Shown in pieces: positions 1 through 9,750 of a stretch of DNA of 64,000 bases. A program made the position numbers and the translations under genes. Positions within the stretch are counted from its first letter, which is position 1. Every line of letters starts with the position of its first letter. This DNA comes from Phoronis australis (Eukaryota; Animalia; Phoronida): the NCBI GenBank assembly GCA_002633005.1, contig NMRA01000044.1, positions 74,182 through 138,181 of the forward strand, read 5' to 3'. Under the pieces are notes generated by a model that searched no databases, was not told the DNA's origin, and worked only from the letters and a program-made list of their open reading frames with translations.

Positions 1-343
1 CGTTGGAAATTAGGAGTGTCGACTGCTGAGAAGGTTTACTACTGCTAAGGTTTTCTACTCCGAAATATATGAACTTTTGGACTCAAGTGTAATTTTTACT
101 CTTCTATGTGCAAACATGCATGGTACTTCGGTTTTTAGACTCAGTGGTGTACCTCTACCGAAAACAACGCAAATTAATGACTTTTTAACTCTTAACTTAA
201 CACTCCAGAGAAATGAAAGCAGGTTTTAAAAACATTTAACTGCGATCTAAAGCCTACTTATTGGCAATCAAGACGAATGTAGTTCGATGTTTCAGCTATA
301 ATTGTAGGAAAATGTGGTTACATGTGTAAGCAACCTCGTCAGC

Positions 344-428
344 CGCCAGGGGCAGGGTAAGGGTAGCGGTTGGGGTAGGGGTAGGGGTAGTTTAGGAATA
401 TGGGTTTGGTTGGGCAAGGTCTGGGGCT
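344..428 (+). repeat. G-rich (GGGGTA)-like low-complexity tract with G-quadruplex potential
   Basis: ggggcagggtaagggtagcggttggggtaggggtaggggtag...gggtttggttggg. Confidence 0.5.
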
Positions 429-905
429 GAACTCGAGTTAGACAAGCCTGGCGCAAGAGATGGGCCTGAGTTTTTGAGGATTTCCCAAATGAAAGCCTAA
501 ATCTCTGTCCTTTTCAACCCAGTAAGAAATTTCAAATAGATAAGAAGCAACACTGGTAAAATCGTAGAATTTGAAAAGTAGTCAGATTTTTGAGATGAAG
601 TAATAAAAGTAATTGGCAGCCTTTTTCGAAAAAAAATCATTTTACATTCATTAGGCGACTTCTTCCAGCCAGGATCCTGCAGGTGCACCTTTGCCTCTAA
701 AAGTCCACCTCGGTGTTTTTTCAAGTTTCGCTCGTGGTGCTTATTATCGGAAAAGGGCATCTATAGATACGCTAGGCGAAATTTCCGGAGATACGCTGAG
801 GGTGTTCATTTCCCCAGTTTCATAGGAATTGCAGATAAAGACCTTAACTAAAGTGTCTTCTCAATAATAAACTCCAACCTGTGGAACTAAACATACATCG
901 ATGAG

Positions 906-971
906 CATGGGTGGCGCAGCACTGAAAAAAGTGGGCTATAGCCCCCAGCCTCCTAGGGTGCGCCGCCCATG
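906..971. mobile_element. Short MITE (CATGGGCGGCGCA TIR family), monomer with 5-bp TSD
   Basis: catgggtggcgcagcactgaaaaaagtgggctatagcc...gtgcgccgcccatg, flanked by ATGAG on both sides (901-905, 972-976). Confidence 0.8.
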
Positions 972-1562
972 ATGAGTTATGTATTGTCTTTCTTGGTAGT
1001 AATGATAAACCCGAGCTTATACGCGTCACTTTCACAATGTACGCCAGCCTGTATAATTATTTGGATTGGGTTTTGGTCCCTAAACTGATATTTCTCATTG
1101 TACACCGCAGACTTGTCTGCAGAAAACTCCGGAAATTCTTGAATAATAAGCTACAGTTGATCTCTAATAGCAACAGAAATGTTGCATGAATTTAAATTAA
1201 ATTATGTCGATTACAAGAGTTGGAACGGTGCATAACGTCACAAAAGGAATTATAAATAAATGATACATGTACATGTTAAAAAGTAGACAATGTAGAAACA
1301 GGCAGAAACACTTCAAAATCTGGTAAAAATATATGCTGAAAAACACAAACTTTCTAGCCTTAATGGGTGCAGCTCTTAGGTATGAAGACAAGAGGGGCAC
1401 CCATTAAAGCTTGAAAACTAGTGTTTATTAATAAATATTTTAAAGTGGTTTTACTTAGGTCTACATTATCTAATTTTGCCCGGTCTCCACATAAGTTATT
1501 CAATTGATAAGAAGGTAATAGATGAAGTGTATTTTTCATTGGCTTTTGACCCTTTCCACGTT

Positions 1563-3015
1563 ATTCACCTATTTCACGAAAGCGCCATCTTCCCGCGCCA
1601 TCTTTAAATACTGATCGAAACCGAGGCACACTGATAAAACCTCGTGAGTGATCATCAGCTTGCCATGGTGTACTGTGCAGTGCCTGAACGTACCAATTCC
1701 AGTAATATCTCGTCGGTATCCTTCCCAGGGATATACTTAGCCACTCGCCCAGTCGCCAATGCGAGTAAAAATGGTGCTGGGCGAGTAGAAGTTGACTTGC
1801 CGGTCGCCCGGTGGCGAGCGAATTTCAGAGCGCAAAAGCACTATCGTTTCCCAGATGAATATGAATAATTTTCTTCCTCCTTGTGCTGTTTTTATCATGA
1901 ATTTAAGGTTCAGTTTGGTCATCGTGTCGATGCTCCGGCAGTAAAAAACATCGGCGCAGTGCGACCCTACCGATTCAGTACATGTCACCCGTTNATGAGA
2001 TAAATATACTACATTATACAGCTCATTGGGCCTGCTACTCTGGCAAATGAACACTGATGACACGCACGCGCTTACTCACTCGGTGCACACCAGCTGATTC
2101 ACTTCAATACAAACGTCACGTGACAACAACATATGTGTTCGTCCAGATTTTTCTCGTTGCGGGGTGCGATCTAGCGCAGATTTTGACTTAATCTGCGGTT
2201 AATCCCGACTCCGAGTCCACAGGAACTTAAGAATCTTAGGAAAGGCTATTTGGGAGGATTTCAGGTAATTTGAGTCGAAACTATTTTTACTCAAGAATTC
2301 AAGTTGTCCTATCGACGATCGCGAAGCAGCGACGCATCACTCAGTCGGCAAGTTTTCGCCCTGGGATTTCAGCACATTTTTTTTAAAAAGATCGTAATTT
2401 AACAACAGAGTTTGATAGCAATGCACCAAAGTTTTGTAGCTAGTCTGTCATAGGTTACACATACGTCACAGCGCGTAAATTTGATGAATCCTAGCTTCCG
2501 ATTTCACCCGTTTCGGAGACCAGGTTTTAACTGCCGTAGGCTACAAAAAGAGTCCCACTGGGCGCTTATTAGAGCGAATACGCCGTAGCCCTAATAGATG
2601 GTGACATCAGTGCATGAAACGATGATTTTTATTTAAATTAGCAGCAAGTTTGTGGTGACTGGCGCCAACGGCCGGGTGACCGAACTTCGGGCTTGGCGAG
2701 TAGATTTTCTGGCTCCGGCACTGGCGCAGCTGGCGAGCAGGGTTTTCAAGACTAAAAGCCTGGGTATATCCCTGACTTCCACACTTTTTCAAAAGAGGGA
2801 AAACTACTAAGGAATGGCTGAGGAGGGTAAAAGTCTAGTTGCCGTAAGTATTGGTATGTTTTTTGGAGATCGATTCAACATCAGACAACTTGATTTTTGG
2901 TAATGTTGATAAGTCTTTTGACCACAACACCTTGCAGGACGATGCCATGTTTGTCAAGGCGCCTCGTTTTCGATCAACACGACAGCAGCGCCCCGTGTTC
3001 GTGAAAGAGGTGAAT
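1563..3015. mobile_element. Internally deleted ISL2EU/Harbinger-like DNA transposon with a THAP remnant and the start of a second, convergent ORF
   Basis: TIRs attcacctatttcacgaa (1563-1580) and ttcgtgaaagaggtgaat (2998-3015). + strand THAP start MVYCAVPERTNSSNISSVSF (1665-1724) resumes after 2774 as FHTFSKEGKL-(frameshift)-KEWLRRVK. - strand MASSCKVLWSKDLSTLPKIKLSDVE starts at 2948. Superfamily is inferred. Confidence 0.6.
1726..2774. mobile_element. Non-autonomous hAT-like element inserted into the THAP exon
   Basis: TIR cagggatatac (1726-1736) and gtatatccctg (2764-2774); subterminal ggcgag repeats; degenerate target duplication (atccttcc left, acttcc right). Confidence 0.6.
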
Positions 3016-3061
3016 ACTATATATGTTGGTCTCCCAAGAGGTTTTACTATATACGCATAGT

Positions 3062-3151
3062 CATGGGCGTCGCTCATAGACCTTGGGCGGCGCAGCACTC
3101 AAAAAAGTGGGGCTATAGCCCCGTCCAGCCCCCTATGGTGCGCCGCCCATG
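3062..3151. mobile_element. CATGGGCGGCGCA MITE family copy (collapsed dimer)
   Basis: catgggcgtcgctcatagac followed by cttgggcggcgcagcactcaaaaaagtggggctatagcc...tgcgccgcccatg. Confidence 0.7.
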
Positions 3152-4056
3152 TACGGTAAATACAAGTACAAGTACGTGCATCCTCAACTCTGGAATCTTC
3201 TTTGTGACCTGCATCTGAAGCCGGCCCAGGGGAATAACCAACAGCTAACGGGCAACATCGGTATTGGAGATTTGCGTCTCCTGCAGTCAGGCAGGAAGTT
3301 TTGGGAGACGATTAGTGCCCGACGCTGCACATCGCCAATGACCCTGTCTCCTACAGGTAATTTGCAGGTAATTGATACATTTAAATAAAACTCCTAAGAT
3401 CAGACAGTGTAAAATATAAATAACAATTACTGCTTCAGATAACCATTTCCCTTAATTTACAAAAAAATGAGTTAGAACCTAGGGACTTTGGCATTGAATT
3501 CTGAAAGTCTCAATTCCGATCCGATCAGTGCCTCTATGACTATACATGTACATGTACGTGTATTAGCACTAGGCGTGCTGCTCATTCATTTGAAGCATGG
3601 ACTTGTTCTGCGGAAACTGGACCCAAGATAACCGCACAGTTACGGATGCTCCCCAATCTGACGGAAATTAACTTAGGTGTAGTAGCGGAACAATGGGGCA
3701 ACGTTGACACTCGTGCCACTCGAGCGCTTACCAAAAGGTCATCGGCGATATGCCGATAATAGTATCGTGTTACTCACGAAAATACGTCAAACCAGCTCTG
3801 TCGTTGTTCAAGTTAAGGTTCATGTTGAACACTCTGTGCGCGGCAAAGAATAGCTAGGTATGTGTCGCGATGTAAACATGCTCGCAGAATCTTATCTGCT
3901 GAAGGCTACATTTAGGCCTGCGTTTGTTGTTTATAGATAGTTCAAGTCACACAGATGCATCTCTTAAAGGTTTAAAATGACAGAAATATTAATCTCAAAA
4001 GCGAAATTAATTGAGTTATTTAACACTAGTATTAAGCAATTGTCTTCCCGTTCATC

Positions 4057-4312
4057 CCAGTAAACATGCAAGTACTGGGTCAGTACTGGCCCTGAATTGT
4101 CTCCTGTATTGGTCTAATGTTGTAGACCAGTACTTGCCCAATAACATTTTGCACACCCGCTTGGTATTGGGCCGGTATAAGATTGCGATATCGATCCAGT
4201 AAAGGGCCAGTAACAGGCCATTACTGGGCCAATACCAAAAACCGGTTTCGGACCTGTAAAGGGCCAGTATTGACAGACTGTGTTGGCCCAGTAGAGGGCA
4301 ACTGATGGGCTC
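4057..4312. mobile_element. Fragment of a CCCAG-ended (EnSpm/CACTA-like) non-autonomous element with short internal repeats
   Basis: Begins cccagtaaacatg; many direct and inverted copies of gtattgggccagta / tactggccc; partner end not found. Confidence 0.4.
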
Positions 4313-6541
4313 AGGTTAATATGCAGAATCTGCAAGATATATAAATGTTTTTATCCTGTGTTAACACAAGTTTTTCAGCTGGTTGTATGACTTCAGTTTC
4401 TTGCAATAAATATTTTCAGAAGCGACTTTTAGTTCATTCCGTTTCTTCCCAAAATGTCTATTTCGTTACCATTTTAAGATTCCTACAATCTGTTACAAAA
4501 AGTCTCATCAGCATCAATTGATGGTTTTGCTCTGTTTTACAATTGACATCGATGTGACCTTTTCAACTTCACCCCAAGCCTCAAGATGGCGCTGGTCGGC
4601 TTAGCCATTTGAAGATTGGTTATGGGAATTACTTTCTGCGCATTGATTGACCGATGCCTTGACCGGCTTGACGTCATTGAACAAAGGCAGGTTGTAATCA
4701 TTTTCACATTACAGCCATTCATGCAACAGAAGGCATTGTTTTAGTTATTGTGTGAAATATAAGTTGTACTTATTTAGGAATAGTATTAATCTGTTTTCGA
4801 ATCAAAATGCGTCATTTTTGCAATAATTTAGACCTAAATCGCTGCAGTATACCGTTAGTTTTTATTTTTATATAAAACTGCAGAGAATTTTGAAATTTCC
4901 TGTCATATTCCGGCAATTGCCGTAAAATTCTGACACATCTCATTTCGCATTACCAAGCCTCAAATGGCTTAACTGATCAGCACCATCTTGAGGCTTGGAG
5001 ACTAGGCTGAGTGTCGATAATAGTGTATGATGCCGCGAGTGCACAAGGTCAGCAATGTTGTCAAAGAAGTAAACACAGCAACAAAATCGGGATTGTTTAC
5101 GTTTCATAAGATCACCAACAGCCCGCATTTTTTGAATTTTGATATTTGGGCGCATGGAGTTTCGTTGTGAAACAACCAAAATGAGACAGAACATGTAAAC
5201 TGGGCATAAAATAAGTAGCCCCACAGCACAGTTAAGCAACTTTGCATGGGAAAAACGGGTTGCAGAAGCAAATTGTCAACTCCACTTGATATCTAGAGCA
5301 GCTATGTAAACTTTGTGTACTTAACTTATTTTATGGAGAGAGCCCTGAAAAGAGTTACGCACACAAACAAAAAAAATTCAATCAAAGAGGACCCCCCCCC
5401 CCTCTAAGGCACACACCTTTAGAACCGTTAGAGTCTGTGTCTCTCCCTCGCAATGTTCTCAATTCTTCTATACTAGCAGGTGTTTCATGGAAACTGATGC
5501 TCAGCAGCTACTTTCAATTGCTTAGCGAGAAATATTCTTTCGTTATCATACTTTAAAAGAGACATATATGGAGTCATGCTGGCGCGACACCGTCAGCTAT
5601 AAACCAGACACTCTTCCAAAAATGCAAGATTCTATTAGTCAACTTACAGCCGTACAACTTACGGATTGCAGTTTTCATTAATTGAGTGAACAGGCCGTTA
5701 ATATTTTTCAATATTTGATCTTAAATTACCGTTCCTGTTTACAACATTTACATGAACATGACTGTGTTCTAATTGTCAATGCCCTTGAGGTTTAATTACA
5801 CAAAGTCTGCCAGACACAACTTTTTGAAAAAAGACACACTTTTTATCATCTGGGGCACCCAAAGGGCACAGGTTCAAATGTGGTTAGGAATATCCCAGTT
5901 ATGTAATACCATTCTGAGGAAGGTGCACACAGAAGATTTTACTTGGATTTAGAACAGTTGAAACTGAGAACTTAGGTTAACTTATGGGTCATCAGGAAAT
6001 TCGTTACCCTGTGTTGTAAATCAGTGACATCCTTAACTTCTGATCATCCTCAATACACTATAATACCACAAGGCCTGACACTCGGAACTAGGAATTCCAT
6101 GAGTGCTTCACTCCACACAAAAATCTTTCCAAAAGCCGATGTCAGACCTTTTAGTATTATAGTGTATTTGAGACGATTAGACTCAGAGGCTGAAGACGCC
6201 TGTGGTACAACTCACAGACGTCATCTGCTTCTGACCGTACCTAATACACTATAAATGTTTAAAAATCAAATAGATGTTGCAATGCCGTGCAGTTACCGAC
6301 AAATAAAAATATAAAATCTTAGTAAAACTAGTAAAACTAAGCTGACGAGTGTCGGTACTTAAATATATTAAAATATCCCCACGTATCGAGCAATGCCCTC
6401 TATCTCAGGGGTGTGCTACAGAATGCTGAATACATGTACATGTGGATAGATCTAAAATAAAATGGCACAAGAGACCACACAGTAACATACAATAAACGTG
6501 AACAATTTGAATACAACAGGACATAGCAACTACCAGTGGGA

Positions 6542-6739
6542 TAGGCCTACGTATGACGAGAGAGATACTGAAGTCTATTCACTACAGACTTTTAGTGAGA
6601 CAGAACCCCTATGTCTTTGTTTAGGCCTCTGGCGTGAGTGTTAAACTTTGCGATGAATTCAGGCTCGTATTTTCTACGTGCGTAAATGTTCGACAGTATG
6701 CCTTTGACTACAAGTACATTGACGTCATACGTAGGCCTA
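6542..6739. repeat. Small inverted-repeat element (17-bp perfect IR)
   Basis: taggcctacgtatgacg (6542-6558) and cgtcatacgtaggccta (6723-6739). Confidence 0.5.
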
Positions 6740-6745
6740 CCCCAG

Positions 6746-7411
6746 TGTTGACGAATAAAAAGTACAAGGGACACAAATCTTACAAATTTCACCTGCTACC
6801 TTCCCATATTATTGTGCAAGTGTCACGCGCCAGCCTCACGCCCTAGCCTTTGTCTCATTTGAAATACTTGCGCACGTGGTGAAAAAGTTATTGGTGACCA
6901 AAAGTGGAGTTGGGATTCTTCGCCAAAATCACCTTAATTCTCGTAACTAAGCTTCATCGAAGATATGTGTGAAAGTCAAAAGGACCACTGAAGAAAGTGT
7001 TGCCTACACGTAGCCCCTCGGTTGGCCTATTAGGGGCCACAATACTTTCCATCGCTTTCTGTACGAATTTCGTCATGTCTATTTTAGGCCAAGAGTTTTC
7101 CCCTCGTCAAAAATATGATCCACACTTACAACTATGACTTAAAAATGTATACTGTCTTCAGTGGTCCTTTTCACTTCTAACACATATCTTCGATTAAACT
7201 TAGTTACGAGGATTAAAGTGACTTCGTCAAAGAATTCCAACTCCACGTTTTTGGTCACCATTAAATTTTTCACCATGTCCTCGATAGCAACTAAGTATTT
7301 CAACTGAATCACGTGCCCTTAGGCAAAGGCTAGCGCGAGACACTTGCACAGTAGCATGAGCCAGGTGAAATTTGTAAGATTTGTGTCCTTTGGACTTTTT
7401 TGTTCGTCAAC
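6746..7411. mobile_element. Foldback MITE with ~250-bp imperfect arms
   Basis: tgttgacgaataaaaagtacaagggacacaaatcttacaaatttcacctg is inverted to caggtgaaatttgtaagatttgtgtcctttggacttttttgttcgtcaaca. Arms run inward to ggaccactgaaga / tcttcagtggtcc. A second partial copy lies at 38270-38630. Confidence 0.8.
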
Positions 7412-8528
7412 ATGCGTAACTTCCTCAAAATGGCACTCGGTAAGAGAAACTCGAGCAAATCGGGACAGATTTTCGTCGATTTGTTCAAAGTATCTTGACT
7501 GAATCGTCTCCAGACTTATGATATGTATTAATTATAAGTCCATGTGCATTATATGCATGTTTCATTTGATTTTATTTGGCTGTATATTTTGAAATTCGGA
7601 GTGGTCCGCCACCTTGATGATGAAGCAAGTGAGTTGAGCTGCCTGTGTACTGTGTAGCATTGAACTGCAAAACAAGTCAGACGAAAGAGCCAAAGCGACA
7701 GAACACCACGTTTTAGAGGTAACTATTCCACGGAGCTTTTCAATGTTAGTTTTTAATGCGTGTCACTGTGATTGAATATTGACAAAATTGATTATTTATA
7801 TGACGGATGATCCCGAATTGTGCAGTGTCTGGTTCACTCTGGATTCTGGTTGTGCGGTGTGAGGCTGTGTAATGCAGTTCAGCCTGTCCAGTGGCAAACT
7901 TTTCGCTCCCAGCTGTCCTTAATTCACATTTCACAGTTCAGCGTGTCCCCGTTAATGTTTGTGTCATGACCAGTGTTCCGGATTTCCCCACCCCTGCCCA
8001 TTTAACCATTTTTACATTGTTGTATTGGAGTAATCTTATGCTACCTTCCACAGACACTCTCCTCCTTTGTAGTTTTAGACAGTGCAACTGCCTGTACTTA
8101 GTAGTAGAGACGGTGGCACTCCCTTAGGGCTTTCATACATGTACTTGTATGCTGGAAGCTTTTCGGCGAATTATGCCTCACACTGATTAAGTCATCGAAG
8201 TCGCATTGCTATACATGTAAGTACCTTTTGTGCATAGAGGGACGCATTTGGAGGCTGTCTATCTCTTTCACTCCGTCCAACTAGAAGAAATATTCCTGTA
8301 ATCAAACATTTTTTCGAGCAGCCCTTCGTTCATTTGCCCAAATCGGTAACTGACCATTTTTACATTGTTAGCACCAAGACGATGGCCACAGTTTCTACTG
8401 TTAGTGAGACGGTGACACTGTCTATTGGGAATAACAAAATAAAAAGTCCTTCCTTAACTAGTGTTAAATAATCTCGACTGATTCATTGTTCCACTACATT
8501 TTTGTCGTTTTACTTAAAAATGCATAAT

Positions 8529-9350
8529 TACTTGGCGAAATAAATTTCGCCAAGTACATGTATGTTGCTGTTCCATCAAGTTTGTTTGTTTTTGTTTCTT
8601 TTGTTCTCACGATACAGGTCGCAATTTTCGTCCGATCATCACGAAATTTACACATGACACGTAGTTTTGGAAGTACTGGAAGCTTCTTTCTTTCTTCATA
8701 ATCTGATCCAAAATGGCGGCTGTGGCGACCATTTTGTTTTCATTGTAAGATTCAAAGGCTTCTGGAGGCTACAATTTTTTACGTACAGGGCTGAAAATCG
8801 CCACAATTATTGGACTACATGTGCGCTACATGTGTACCTGAAATTGTTTACTTCCGTTAAAGATGGCGGAAATACTGGCACTCGCGCATGCGCACCTCGT
8901 TTTCGGGAAAAAATGTTTTCTCCTGTAGAGGGCGCAATAATAGGGCCAATTCCTTTGAATTTTTGCAGATGTTAGTTTCCTATGACTTGCTATCATACAA
9001 AGCCAAAAAAACCGGAAGTTGCTTTCAAGATGGCGGATCTGGTGCATGTTGACCTATTTGCAGTCGTGGTGGGGTGCCATTTAAACGGGGGAAGAAATGA
9101 CGTGAATTTTTGCATGTGGATTTTCCGAGGTATACTCTTTTAAATAAACTGTAAAAAAATTCTCAAACTTACCGTTTTTGAGATATTTGACTGAGTTTCT
9201 TTAAAAAAAACGCAGAATTTCATTTTTTTTCGAAAAATTTACGAAATTGTGTGATACTATCAAGATAGAGTTTTGAACGGGCTTTCAGAAGATTTTTTTT
9301 CATTTTTCGCTAGGACGTCTACTTTTTGAATTATTTGAGATTTTCTGATA
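8529..9350 (+). mobile_element. Helentron/HINE-like non-autonomous repeat inside the THAP pseudogene intron
   Basis: 12-bp perfect hairpin tacttggcgaaa-taaa-tttcgccaagta (8529-8556), then a (GTTT)n tract, then repeated aagatggcgg/caaaatggcgg motifs. The right boundary is approximate. Confidence 0.45.
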
Positions 9351-9479
9351 ACGCTGTTCCTTTGTTGAGCGCTCTTGCTGCATTGATGTTGGTTTAGCTT
9401 CTATTAAACTAGACTGTAACCTATTTGTTATTGATTTATGACATTTAAGTTCGTCATATGAATGTTATGATGTTGTTCA

Positions 9480-9750
9480 TTATGTCCACCACAATCATAA
9501 TATTTGTCATCTTCGTCATCATCTCCGACGTCGTCTTTTCTGTAGTTAATTTCGTCAAGTGTCGCTCAAGATAGTAGCCTATATCTTAGTAATGTCTGAC
9601 CTCTACGTTCGTGATGTGAATGATATCATAACTTGCATTGTCCATCATCGCCACCACCGTCGTCACAGCTGTCATCTTCGTCATCATCTCTGTCGTCGTC
9701 TTTTCTGGTGATCTCTATTGTGTTTTTTGGTTAATTTCGCCAAGCTTCGC
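9480..9750. repeat. Local ~165-bp duplication with (TCA/TCG)-rich low complexity
   Basis: gtcatcttcgtcatcatctc...gtcgtcttttctg...gttaatttcg(t/c)caag occurs twice, near 9507 and 9671. Confidence 0.55.

Noticed and set aside
1841-1868. YRFPDE as the continuation of the THAP exon in ORF 1644-1868
   Set aside because: It lies inside the hAT-like insert. The better continuation (FHTF..KEWLRRVK) resumes after 2774 with a matching target duplication.
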